From Malacoraja senta (taxonomy: Eukaryota): DNA of 64,000 bases. Positions 26,449-38,353 of the stretch are shown here, one piece after another. Numbering within the stretch: the stretch's first letter is position 1; every line of letters begins with the position of its first letter. Location: positions 2,234,001 to 2,298,000 of the forward strand of contig CM075995.1 in assembly GCA_038087875.1 (NCBI GenBank), given 5' to 3'. Below the pieces are notes generated by a model. It was not told the origin of the DNA. It searched no databases and saw only the letters and a program-made list of their open reading frames with translations. A program made the position numbers and the translations under genes.

Positions 26449-26796
26449 ATAATAATAATAATAATGGATGGGATTTATATAGCGCCTTTCTAATACTCAA
26501 GGCGCTTTACATCGCATTATTCATTCACTCCTCAGTCACACTCGGTGGTGGTGAGCTACTTCTGTAGCCACAGCTGCCCTGGGGCAGACTGACGGAAGCG
26601 TGGCTGCTAATCTGCGCCTACGGCCCCTCCGACCACCACCAATCACTCACACACATTCACACACATTCACACGCAGGCAAAGGTGGGTGAAGTGTCTTGC
26701 CCAAGGACACAACGACAGTATGCACTCCAAGCGGGATTCGAACCGGCTACCTTCCGGTTGCCAGCCGAACACTTAGCCCATTGCGCCATTTGTCCC
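26449..26796 (-). mobile_element. tRNA-derived CORE-type SINE with L2-like tail
   Basis: A box TGGCGCAATGG, B box GGTTCGAATCC, CORE-like GTGTCCTTGGGCAAGACACTTCACC, 3' end AAAGCGCCTTGAGTATTAGAAAGGCGCTATATAAAT..(ATT)n. An identical tail fragment lies at ~54050-54098. Confidence 0.8.
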
Positions 26797-26990
26797 TTGC
26801 TTTCCCTCTCTCTCCATCCCCTGCCACCTTCCCAGTTCTCCCACAAGTCTTACTGTCTCCGACTACATTCTATCTTTGTTCCGCCCCCTCCCCTGACATC
26901 AGTCTGAAGAAAGGTCTCGACCCGAAACGCACCCATTCCTTCTCCCCAGAGATGCTGCCTGACCCGCTGAATTATTTCAGCATCTTCCAT
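26797..26990 (+). mobile_element. Penelope-like 3' region and terminal repeat (5' piece at 26420-26448, split by the SINE)
   Basis: 26423-26449 encodes MNIDFSNLR, resembling a GIY-YIG C-terminus (compare SGTNVDLSNLQ* on the minus strand at ~43381-43414). It is followed by the hammerhead-core repeat at ~26903. Confidence 0.6.
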
Positions 26991-27019
26991 ACACACATAC
27001 ATACATAGAAAGGAAACTC

Positions 27020-27470
27020 AACACTAGCATTTATTTCAAGAGGGCTTGTATACAAAAACAGGGAAGTAATGTTGAGACTCTATAAGGCGCTGGTCAGGCC
27101 GCATTTGTAATATTGTGAGCAATTTTGGCCACCAAATCTTAGGAAGGGTGTGCTGGCTCTGGAGAGGGTCCAGAGGAGGTGTACAAGAATGATCCCAGGT
27201 AGGTTAACCTATGATGAGCATTTGTCGGCACTGGGCCTGTACTCACTGCAGTTTAGAAGAATGAGGGGGGAACCTCATTGAAACACACAGAATGGTGAAA
27301 GGCTTGGACAGAGATAGATATATCCTTGATCAGTACGGGTGTCAGAGGTTATGGAGAGAAGGCAGGAGAATGGGGTTAGGAGGGAGAGATAGATGAGCCA
27401 TGATTGAATGGCAGAGTAGACTTGATGGGCCGAATGGCTTAATTCTACTCCTATTCCTTATGGCCTTATA
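27020..27470 (+). mobile_element. CR1 LINE 3' fragment
   Basis: LYKALVRPHL..EQFWPPNLRK..LERVQRR motifs; followed by a (TACA)n microsatellite at 27467-27515. Confidence 0.8.
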
Positions 27471-27629
27471 CATACATATATACATACATACATATACACA
27501 TACATACATACATATAAAAACAAAGAAACAAACAAGAGTAGTGCATAAAGGTTAATCTAATGGCCCCTCTATATAATAATAATAATAATAATAATAGATT
27601 TTATTTATATAGCGCTTTAGTGCAAAGCT

Positions 27630-28270
27630 TATTTGGAAGTTTATTCTGAGTGGACAGATTTACCCCTGTGAACATTTTAATATCGGCTTGAATTGATATT
27701 GAAATCCAAACTGAGAGCTTCTATTGCGTAGTCAAACATTATGACAATGCCGCCTTGTTGACCTATTACCTGTTCTGTACTCTGTGTTTTAATCCAGCGT
27801 TGACGTTGATGAATTTATTCCAGTGCCGCGATCTAAAATGAAGTCCGACTAACTGCTTTGCTTTCTCTGTAAGTGTGCGCAGTTGTAACACTAATGTGAA
27901 CCCCGGCCATGAAATGAAATGTATGATTAAAACTATTGAGCGCCGCTTCGCTGAGGATGAAAAATGGTCACCATAAATCATTTGCCCGAAGAAGTCGATT
28001 TACAATGCTCTCTTAAATCTGAGATAGCCGTATCTCCTCCCTCAAACTGCTTGTACCACTTAAGCGGCTGAATCTCACTTAAGTGATCTGGACTCAGTTG
28101 CAGGAAGTTAAAGATAAGCTCCTGTTGCCTTCAGAATCCGTGCAATTATGATTAACAGTTCTCTGGATCAATCTACAATCCAATGTTCAGTCAAAGGCAG
28201 ATCACAATAATACAACTCTGTCCAGAGTGCCAAATTAATTTAAGAGGAATTACTTTGCGTATTGTCAGAA
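27630..28270. promoter_or_regulatory. repeat-free island, candidate conserved enhancer
   Basis: No TE similarity recognised; CpGs retained; perfect PBX-HOX-type site ATGATTTATGG (minus strand, 27971-27981); several TAAT cores. Confidence 0.35.
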
Positions 28271-29502
28271 TGGTTCACATATAGTTTGTTTAGTTTGGAG
28301 ACACAGCGCGGAAACAGGCCCTTCGGTCCACCGGGTCCGCGCCGACCTGTGATCCCCGCACACTGGGACTATCCTACACACTAGGGACAATTTACAATCT
28401 TTACAGACCCGATTAACCTGCAAACCTGTACTTCACGGGGAGAACTTACAAACTCCATACAGACAGCACCCGTAGTCAGGATTGAAACCCGGGTCTCTGG
28501 GGCTGTAAGGCAGCAACTCTACCGCTGCGCCACTGTGCTGCCCTGTCAGAACAATAATTTAACACAAAATAACTTGCTCGAGTTAGATTCTTCAATACAC
28601 TATCCATTTATAGTGAGTATGTTTACATTTCATCCACAAGTATCTCATCAGTCAACACATATCACAGTGTGAGCAACAATGCGGAATGGGGTTGAGAGGG
28701 AAAGGTAGATCAGCCATGACTGAATGGGGGAATGGACTAAGTTTTTGTTTTTTTAGGTTTTGGTTTTGCCTTTCGGCCCACCGTATCCGCGAAGAACAGC
28801 GATTTCCGCGCACTAACGCTATCCTACACACACTCAGGACAATTTACAATTATACCAAGCCAATGAACCTACAAACCTGTACGTCTTTGGAGTGTGGGAG
28901 GACACCCACAGAGGTCCCAGAGAAAACCCACACAGGTCATAGGGAGAACGTACAAACTTTGTACAGACAAGCACCCGCATTCAGGATCTGGCCAGGATCG
29001 GAGAAGGTTTACCAGAATAATGCCTGGATGTGGCGGCAGGCAGTAGATACGACTGCTCCGTGAACTTTTGTCACTTTGTCGGCACCAAAGCGTGACAACA
29101 CTTACATACTGCCTAGTATCATTGAATCATTGAGTGTCAGGAACGTGTTGCCAGAGGTAGTGGTTGAAGCAGATACGTTAGTGGAATTTACAAAACTTTG
29201 AATAGGTGTGTGGATATACAGAGAATGGGGCGTTGAGGGGGGGGGGGGATATGGGTTATGTGCAGGTAGACAAGCACCTGTCGTCTGGATCGAACCCAGA
29301 TCTTTGACTCTACCGCTGCGCCATCGTGCCGTCCTACCGACCCGATGGTCCGATTGGCCTAATTCTGCTCCTAAAACCTATGAACTTATGAACAACAGGA
29401 AGAGGGAGTAGGTGGAGGAGGATATTGTAGGATTTGGGTGGAGAAAGTGTATTAGTGGAACTGTCCCGGGGTACGAGCTGTTCGTCAGTCTGAAGCAAAT
29501 TT

Positions 29503-29831
29503 TTAGTTTAGTTTAGTTTAGTTTAGAGATACAACGCGGAATCAGGCCCTTCGGCCCACCGAGTCCGCGACAACCAGCGATCCCCGCACATTAACACTAT
29601 CCTACGCACACGAGGGACAATTTAAACATACACCAAGCCAATTAACCTACATACCTGTACGTCTTTGGATTGTGGGAGGAAACCAGAGGACCCAGAGGAA
29701 ACTCACGCAGGTCACGGGGAGAAGGTGCAAACTCCGTACAGAGAGCACCCGTAGTCAGGATCGAACCCAGGCCACCGGCGCTGCAAGCTCTGTAAGGCAG
29801 CAACTCCACCGCTGCACCACTGTGGCCGCCC
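29503..29831 (-). mobile_element. HE1/V-SINE-type SINE
   Basis: Full-length reverse copy with a (GTTTA)n tail. Confidence 0.85.
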
Positions 29832-30895
29832 CTGATGTGAGCCCAGTCCTTGTGAGGGACATTCTGTCAGGCGGACAACTGACCCACTCAAGAGTTAAAA
29901 TGAAACCTATAACTCTCCAGACCCATTAAGTGAAGGTGACATTTGATTTCATTCACTAGCATCACATGTGTTGATAAAATGCCCCGGAGGGCTCCTGCAT
30001 TAACCACGGGGTCTCCGTACCACATTTATAAAAAGCCATGTCAGTCTTTTTCTATAAGACACGAGACAAATAAGAGCAACTTGGCATTTTCACTGTTGAT
30101 GTGAGGGAGGATTTTTGAAATGCCACTGCTATAATTGGAAATTGGCCACAAATAATATTCCCAGTCTGTCTAAATGGTGTCAATTATTCTTGTTGGTTGG
30201 TCGGGGGGGGGGGGGGGTGGGAGGTGGGTGAACTCAAGATTTTGTTTGGCTTCAGCTGATATTGTATTCACTTGGGCAGGTCGCGGGGAGAACTTAATGA
30301 CATTAGGCCTCAGAATTTTAGTTTAGAGATACCGCGCGGAAACAGGCACTTCAGCCCACCGAGTCCGCCCCGACCAGCGATCCCTGCACACTAACACTAT
30401 CCTACACACACTAGCGACAATTTACATCTTAATACCAAGAAATCCGTATGTCTTTGGAGTGTGGACGGAAACCAAAGATCTCGGAGAAAACCCACACAGG
30501 TCAATGGCAGAAGGTACTAACTCCGTAGTCAGGATTGAACCCGGGTCCTTGGCATTGTAAGACAGCAACTATACTGTTGCGCCACTGTGCCCTGACCTGA
30601 GGCGCTGTATGTGTTCAGGATTAACAGCGGGTCAGGCAGCATCTCTGGGGAAAAGGAATAGGTGACGTTTCCGGTTCAGACCCTTATTCAGGGAGACAGA
30701 TTTGCATTTGTGTTTAAGAAGGAACTGCAGATGCTGGGAAATCGAAGGTAGACAAAAATGCTGGAGAAACTCAGCGGGTGCAGCATTTGCATGTTGTTCT
30801 CCAATCTTTTGTGTTCTTGTTCCATGCCGAGCATAAACAAACAAACAGAAATTAGTATAATTTATCTCTATATTTTTCCGCCAATACATCTTGAG

Positions 30896-31208
30896 TGGCA
30901 CGGTGGCGCAGCGGTAGAGTTGCTGCCTTACAGCACCAGAGACGCGGGTTCGATCCTGACTTCAGGTGCTTGTCGGTACAGAGTTTGTACATTCTCCCCG
31001 TGACCTGTGTGGGGTTTATCCGAGATCTTCGGTTTCCTCCCACACTCCAAGGACGTACAGGTTTGTAGGTTAATTGGTATAAATGTAAAAATTGTCCCTC
31101 GTGTGTAGGTTAGTGCTGGTGTACTGAGTAATCACTGGTCAGTGCGGACTTGATGGGCCACAGGGCCTGTTTCTGCGATGTATCTCCAAACTAAACTATA
31201 AACTAAAC
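30896..31208 (+). mobile_element. HE1/V-SINE-type SINE
   Basis: TGGCGCAGCGG and GGTTCGATCC boxes, V-domain, (TAAAC)n tail. Confidence 0.88.
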
Positions 31209-31343
31209 TTGACATGCACGTCGTCTTTGTTTAAAATAAAAGCCCACAATAAACTTGATTTGAGTGATTTTAGTTTAGTTTAGAGATACAGTCTGGTCAG
31301 CATAGACTTCGGCCCACCAAGTCTGTGATGACCAGCGATCTAA

Positions 31344-31819
31344 AGGGCCTGTCCCACCAGCATGCGACTGCATGCGGTAAGCGAGACCTAACGTGGTCGC
31401 TTGAGCCGTACGGCCTCGCGGGGCCGGTCCCACTTCGATCGCCGGAGCCGTATGGAGTTATGCGGAGCTGGTCCCGACATCGCGCGGGGCTCCGAAAAAC
31501 TGACATTGTTCAAAAATTCCGCGCGGCAACGGCCTGCCGGCCCGCAGCCGCCTCGACGCCGTATGCACCGCCTCGACGGGCGTTCGCAGCGTCTCCACGC
31601 CGTACGTCACGCGCGAACTTCCCGCGGACTTCGCTCTAACTTCACGTCACTCACTCGACCTCCGCGCGGCCCCGGCTTCCGGCTTGGTCACGCTCGCCGC
31701 CTGCAGTCGCATGCTGGTCGGACCGGCCCTGTACGGGGATCACTCGACCTCCGCGCGGCCCGCGCTTCCGGCTTGGTCGTGCTTGCCGCATGCAGTCGCA
31801 TGCTCGTGGGACAGGCCCT
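31344..31819. mobile_element. PIF/Harbinger-type MITE inserted in a reverse HE1/V-SINE
   Basis: AGGGCCTGTCCCAC / GTGGGACAGGCCCT, TIR extending to ~34 bp, TAA TSD on both sides; CpG-rich. Confidence 0.88.
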
Positions 31820-32569
31820 TAACACTAGCACTATCTTACACACACAAGGGAGAATTTACAACTATACCAATCCAATTAGCCTACAAATCTGTACAGCTTT
31901 GGAGTATGGAAGGAAACCAGAGCACCCAGAGAAAGCCCATGCAGGTCACCGGGAGAAGGTACAAACTCCGTACAGACAAGCACCCGTAGTCAGGATCGAA
32001 CCAGGGTCTTTGGGGTTGTAAGGCAGCAACTCTATCGTTACTCCACCGAGTCGAAAAATGTGTTGGAATAAATAATACTAATTCACCCTTGGGGACTATA
32101 GACTTGAGATATTGCTCCACTAGCAAAGCTCTCAGTAAGATCAGACTTTTCAAGAAAGGCTGTTATCCAGTGAAATGAATTAAAAGGCTACTTAATAGGT
32201 TTAATGAAATTATATATTTTTATGATGCTTTTATCTCGCTAAATTTAATTTCACAGATAGAAAATTCACTTATGACTAGACGGGTTCACTATAATTGAAT
32301 AAAGAGTAGTTTGTCCTGGATCGTCTGTCTGTATTAGTGAGGAGGAGAATAGAGTTGCCCGCCCACACTGGGTACAGGAAATCATCTAGACGCAGAGCGA
32401 TGTGTAGGGAAGGAACTGCAGATGCTGGTTTACACTGAAGATAGACCAAATGCTGGAGTAACTCAGCGAGTCAGGCAGCATCTCTGGAGAGAAGGAATGG
32501 TCTGATGAAAGATCTCGAGCCGAAACGTCAACCATGCTCTCCAGAGATACTGCCTGTCCCGCTGAGTTA

Positions 32570-32827
32570 AGGGCCTGTCCCACTTTCACGACCTAATTCA
32601 CGACCTTTTTTACTCATGGACATTTTTCATCATGTTGAAAAAACGCCCCGACCTGCTTGATGCCACGAGTACCTACGACTAGCATCACGACCTACCTACG
32701 ACCTACCTACGACCTCCTACGCCCTCCTACGCCCTCCTACGACCTCGTGACGACCATGCTGCGAGTATGAGTCAAGGGCAAACTCGGCAGAGATCGTGAA
32801 TTAGGTCGTGAAAGTGGGACAGGCCCT
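32570..32827. mobile_element. PIF/Harbinger-type MITE inserted in a Penelope-like repeat
   Basis: Perfect TIR AGGGCCTGTCCCACTTTCACGACCTAATTCACGA; TTA TSD at 32567-32569 / 32828-32830. Splits gctgagTTActcc. Confidence 0.92.
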
Positions 32828-33020
32828 TTACTCCACCATTTTGTGTCTATTTTAGGCACAGACAGATGTGGCTAAAGGAAGATTCAGTAACCAAGGGCAA
32901 CAAGGGAAAGCACACACCTGCAGATTCAGGGACAGTTTCTTCCCAGCTATTACGTATCAGGCAACTGAACCAGCCTACCAAAAACTATAGAACAGTGCTG
33001 AACACTCCAAAGACATATAG

Positions 33021-33156
33021 CTTCTTCTTCTTGCGTATGGCGTGCACAGCCTAAAGTTGTAAGACAACTTGTTCTGTTTGATCTTCTGTTTGTGCACGCT
33101 ACGTTGATTGCATTCGTCAAAGGGTGGACAACGTGAAGGTTGCAATCTCCCACCCC
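33021..33156 (-). mobile_element. short non-autonomous retroposon (Ingi/Vingi-type) with a 5' HDV-like ribozyme fold
   Basis: 12-bp TSD AAAGACATATAG (33009-33020 / 33157-33168); CATACGCAAGAAGAAGAAG tail; the 5' 51 nt fit the HDV pseudoknot order. Confidence 0.8.
33106..33156 (-). ncRNA. candidate minimal HDV-like self-cleaving ribozyme
   Basis: GGGGTGG (P1) GA GATTGCA (P2) ACC (P3) TTCACGT (L3) TGT (P3', 1 mismatch) CCACCCT (P1') TTGA CGAA (J4/2) TGCAATC (P2'). Confidence 0.65.
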
Positions 33157-33419
33157 AAAGACATATAGCCATATGGGTTCATTGGCTTGGTATAAATGTA
33201 AATTGTCCCTGGTGTGTGTAGGATAGTGTTAATGTGCGGGCATTATCGATCGTTGTGGACACGGTGGGCCGATGGGCCTGTTTTTGCACTGTATCTTTAA
33301 ACTAAACTAAACAAAACTAACCTAAACTAAACTCCAGCATGTTGTTGTCTATCTTCAGTGTAAACCAGCATCTGCAGTTCCTTCTTACACCCTTTTAGTC
33401 TTTCCCCCCCAGCCTCCCC

Positions 33420-33950
33420 CTTCAGACAGCCAGATGGTCTCAGATTGATTCAGACTGACCCGGCTAGATTGCGGCAATTCTGACGCAGGAAATCAACATT
33501 TATGGTACGCTGACGCTCGCAGTCAACTGGCCAGGCAAGGCGACATGTCACAGATAGCCTAGAGCCGAGAGTCACTTCTGGTGAAAAGTCAACAAAGGAA
33601 ACAAAAAGCAACCCTGGTCTCAGTTCCCTGGAAAGGAAGTTCACTCGAGTTCAAACGAGAATTTCAATGGAGTAAATATCACTGTGGAACACTGATGAAT
33701 ATGCCCAGTGAAACACTCGGTGCATTTGCAAATCCAATGGAGAATATGCATGAAATATCAAAGGGCAAGAGGGAGGGAGTAAAGGCACAACCTTGTATGA
33801 GGATCGGCGCAGAGCCTGGAGCTTTTCTAGCCCGTCTGGGTGTTTGCATATCCCAAATCAAATTCCAGCCAAATAGCATTCAAACGCCATCTAAAGAAAT
33901 GTCATTGGCTTTAGAGATCGGGTGTGGGATCAGGGAGCAATACAATTTGT
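33420..33950. promoter_or_regulatory. repeat-free island, candidate regulatory element
   Basis: Clustered TGATTCA, two TGACGC, TTTATGG, AACAAAG and octamer-like TTTGCAT(A) motifs; no TE similarity recognised. Confidence 0.25.
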
Positions 33951-33951
33951 A

Positions 33952-34203
33952 GTTCAGTTTAGTTTATTGTCACGTGTACCAAGGTACAGTGAAAAGCTTT
34001 TGTTGCGTGCTATCCAGTCAGCAGAAAGACAATACATGATTACAATCGAGCCATGTACAGTGTATAGATACATGATAACGGAAAAAAGTTGAGTGCAAGG
34101 TAAAGTCAGCAAAGTCCGATCAAGGATAGTGCGAAGGTCACCAATGAGGTAGATAGTAGTTCAGCACTGCTCTCTGGCTGTGGTAGGATGATTCAGTTGC
34201 CTG
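33952..34203 (-). mobile_element. Rex1/Babar-like 3' end
   Basis: Reverse complement of the 18561-18862 family. Confidence 0.75.
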
Positions 34204-34316
34204 AATTAGTAATCGGCTTTAGTAAGAATTGTAAATTGTCTCCAGTGCGTAGGATATGTAGCACGCAAGTGTGTAGCAGCGTCCCTCATCTTGTATCTAT
34301 ACACTGTAAATGGATC

Positions 34317-34516
34317 NNNNNNNNNNNNNNNNNNNNNNNNNNNNNNNNNNNNNNNNNNNNNNNNNNNNNNNNNNNNNNNNNNNNNNNNNNNNNNNNNNNN
34401 NNNNNNNNNNNNNNNNNNNNNNNNNNNNNNNNNNNNNNNNNNNNNNNNNNNNNNNNNNNNNNNNNNNNNNNNNNNNNNNNNNNNNNNNNNNNNNNNNNNN
34501 NNNNNNNNNNNNNNNN
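34317..34516. other. assembly gap (200 N)
   Basis: Run of n characters. Confidence 1.
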
Positions 34517-34788
34517 GTCTGCACCGACCAGCGAGCCCTGCACTATCACTATCCTACACACACTAAGGACAATTTACAGCTTTTGCCAAAGCTAATTAAC
34601 CTCCTTCCTAACCCCATTCTCCTGCCTTCTCCCCATAACCCATGACACCCGTACAAATCAAGAATCTATGTTTTAAAAAAGTATCCATTGACTCCACAGC
34701 CTTCTGTAGCAAAGAATTCCACAGGAAAGGGGTAGAGGGATATAGGCCAAATGCAGGTAGATGGGACTAGTGTAGATGGGATATGTTG

Positions 34789-35703
34789 CCTGATCTCCAT
34801 CATCAAGTTCGCTGATGACACCACTGTTGTGGGATGTGTCACTGATGGGGATGAGTCAGAGTATAGAAGAGAGATCGAGCAACTGTCCATATGGTGCCAG
34901 CACAATAACCTGGCCCTCAACACCAGCAAAACCAAGGAACTGATTGTGGACTTTGGAAGGAGTAGGATGGGACCCACAGTCCCGTTTATATCAACGGGTC
35001 GATGGTTGAAAGGGTCAAGAGCTTCAGATTCCTGGGCGTGCACATCTCTGAAGATCTTTCCTGGTCCGAGAACAATGATGCCATTATTAAGAAAGCACAT
35101 CAGCGCCTCTACTTCCTGAGAAGATTACGGAGAGTCGGTTTGTCAAGGAGGACTCTCTCTAACTTCTACAGGTGCACAGTAGAGAGCATGCTGACCGGTT
35201 GCATCGTGGCTTGGTTCGGCAACTTGAGCGCCCTGGAGAGGAAAAGACTACAAAAAGTAGTAAACACTGCCCAGTCCATCATCGGCTCTGACCTCCCTTC
35301 CATCGAGGGGATCTATCGCAGTCGCTGCCTCAAAAAGGCTGTCAGTATCATCAAGGACCCACACCATCCTGGCCACACACTCATTTCCCTGCTACCTTCA
35401 GGTAGAAGGTACAGGAGCCTGAAGACTGCAACGACCAGGTTCAGGAATAGCTACTTCCCCACAGCCATCAGGCTATTAAACTTGGCTCAGACAAATCTCT
35501 GAACATTAATAGCCCATTAACTGTTATTTGCACTTTATCAGTTTATTTATTAATGTGTGTATTTACGTATATAATGGTATATGGACACACTGATCTGTTT
35601 TGTAGTCAATGCCTACTATGTTCTGTTGTGCTGAAGCAAGGCAAGAATTTCATTGTCCTATCAGGGACAAATGACAATAAACTCTCTTGAATCTTGAATC
35701 TTG
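34789..35703 (+). pseudogene. Rex1/Babar LINE RT 3' fragment, frameshifted, inserted in a CR1 tail
   Basis: IIKFADDTTVVG, LALNTSKTKELIVDF, FRFLGVHISEDLSW, NFYRCTVES, LLPSGRRYRS..TTRFRNSYFPTAI; (TTGAATC)n tail. Confidence 0.9.
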
Positions 35704-37939
35704 GTGTGGGCAAGTCGGTCCGAAGGGCCTGTTTCCACGCTGTGAGACTCTATGCCTCATAATTTTATATACTTCTATCATGTCTCCCCTCACCGTCAGA
35801 CATCTATGCAAACTTTCAATTCAAATCAATTATCTAGACTGAATGAGTAGGGGGAAGAGGCCAGTATACATAGGCGGGGGCAGGGGGTGGGGCCAGAGCT
35901 GGCGGTGGAAGATAGACACAAGAAGCTGGAGTAACTCAGCGGGACAGGCAGCATCTCTGGAGAGAAGGAATGGGTAACGTTTCGACTCGAAATGACCCGA
36001 AAAGCCAGAGATGCTGCCTGTCCCGCTGAGTTACTCCAGCTTATTGTGTCCATCTCTGGTTTAAACCAGCATCTGCAGTTCCTTCCTTCACAAGTGATAG
36101 ATGGATGCAGGTCAGGTGGGGTTGGTTGATGGATGAAGGAAGGGTGGAGATAGCAACAGTAGTTGGGAGGTGAGAAGTGGCGAACCAAAGGCAGCAGATT
36201 CTGGAATGTGAAAGGATAGGAAGGCAAAGAATGGACCAAAGTGCTGGAGTGACTCAGTGTGTCATGTAGCATCTCTGGAGAACATGGATAGGCCGTGCCC
36301 TGACCCTCCTTAACGACCCGAATAGTCGCCTATCCGTGTTTTATTGAGATGCTGCCTGACCCGCCGAGTTACTCCAGCACTTTTCTGCACCAACACGCTT
36401 CTGCAGTTCCTCGTGTCGAAGGTAAAGGATGAAACTGAAGTAGGAGGGCTGGTGACAGGTGGGCAGAAGGGGAGAGCAGTAAGGGAGAAGGGGACCAGCG
36501 GGAGTGGGGGGAAAGGGGGGAAAGGGGAAAGTACGCAGGGTGATAGCGGGACTGCTGGGTGAGGTGGGGAGTAGAGGATGTGTAAGAGGACAGGCTAGCT
36601 GGTAGAAGAGAGCAAGGGATCGAGGGGATATGGCTTCCCCCAGCAAACAGCATGGTGGAGCAGCGGTAAAAATGCTGCCTTACAGCGCCAGAGACCCAGG
36701 TTCGATCCTCACTACAGGTGCTATCTTCACGGAATTTGTCCATTCTCCCCGCGACCTGCGTGGGTTTTCTCCGGGATCTCTCCAGTTTCCTCCCGCACTC
36801 CAAAGACGTACAGGTTTGTAGGTTAAATGGCTTTGGTAAAAATTGTAAATTGTCCCTCGTCTGAGTAGGATAGTGTTAGTGCGCGGGATTCAGGGACTGT
36901 TTCTTCCCAGCTGTTATCAGGCAACTGAATCATCCTACCACAACCAGAGAGCAGTGCTGAACTACCATCTACCTCGGTGTAAGAAGGAACTGCAGATGCT
37001 GGTTTAAACCGAAGATAGACACAAAAATCTCGAGTAACTCAGCGAGGGTCTCGAGTCTCGACCCGAAACGTCACCCATTCCTTCCCTCCAGAGATGCTGC
37101 CTGTCCCGCTGAGTCACTCCAGCTTTTTGTGTACTATCTACCTCTGATGTCCCTCGGACTATCCTTGACCGGACTTTGCTGGCTTTACCTCGCATTAAAC
37201 GTTATTCCCTTATCATGTATCTACAGTATACACTGTAATGGATTGATTGTAATCATGTATAGTCTTTCTGCTGACTGGTTAGCAGGCAACAGAAAGCTTT
37301 TCACTGTACCACGGTACATGTGACAATAAACTGAACTGAAACTGAAACTGAAACTGGGGGGGTCGCTGGTCGGTGCAGACTCGGTGGGCCGAAGGGCCTG
37401 TTTCCGGGCTGTATCACTAAACTAGTCAACTTTTGGGGCACAACCCTGAAAACGTTACCTATTTCCTTCGCTCCATAGATGCTGCTGCACCCGCTGAGTT
37501 TCTCCAGCATTTTTGTGTACCCTGATTTCTTTGTCATTTCACCGCTCCACCAAACCCATTTCACAGCAGAATATTCTTTGCTGTGGGAATGTGTAATATT
37601 TCTACTGTACGAAGGAATCAAGTTGTAAATGCTTGCCTGCACACAATTTACATAGTTGGCATTTCCCATTGTACAGTCAAATTATATTTTTCAATCAACA
37701 TGAATGAAATATAAACAGTCCAACTTTCTTTTCTTTGTTAAGCAAAGGATACGTGAATTTTAAAAGCCCTTTAACTGTTTCTTGAACATTAAGAATCCAA
37801 ACGTAAAAGAACCAAGAGAGGGGAGGAACCTATTTTACTGATTGTATGTGACCATCCCCTCAGCTAACAATGATCTATTCTACATTTTCCTTGAACTTAT
37901 CCTCTTTGATGTCTCATTTTCACACCTCACACCTCCTTA

Positions 37940-38353
37940 TCTCACTGGAATTTAGAAGGATGAGAGGGTATCTCGTAGAAACATATAAAACATATAAAGG
38001 GATTAGACAGGCTAGATGTAGGAAAAATGTTTCCCATGTTGGGGGAGTCCGGAACCAGGGGTCACAGTTTAAGAATAGGGGGTAGGCCATTTAGGACTGA
38101 GATGAGGAAAAACTTCTTCACCCAGAGATTTGTGAATCTGTGGGATTCTCTGCCACAGAGGGCTGTGGAGGCCAATTCACTGGATGTTTTCAAGAGAGAG
38201 TTAGATTTAGCTCTTAGTGCTAATGGAATCAAGTGATATGGGGAAAATAGCAGGAACAGGGTACTGATTTTAGATGATCAGCCATGATCATATTGAATGG
38301 CAGTGCTGGCTCAAAGGGCCGAATGGCCTACTTCTGTACCTATGTTTCTATGT
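37940..38353 (+). mobile_element. CR1 LINE 3' fragment
   Basis: TRGHSLRI..FFTQRFVNLWDSLP; (ATGTTTCT) tail. Confidence 0.88.

Noticed and set aside
30896..30965. tRNA genes (A/B-box sequences here and at many other sites)
   Set aside because: They are SINE heads continuing into the V-domain and LINE-like tail, with no acceptor-stem end or terminator.
31401..32021. 206-aa Arg-rich ORF
   Set aside because: Spans a GC-rich MITE and a reversed SINE; no recognisable domain.
34188..34645. ORFs spanning the N run
   Set aside because: Artefacts of the assembly gap.
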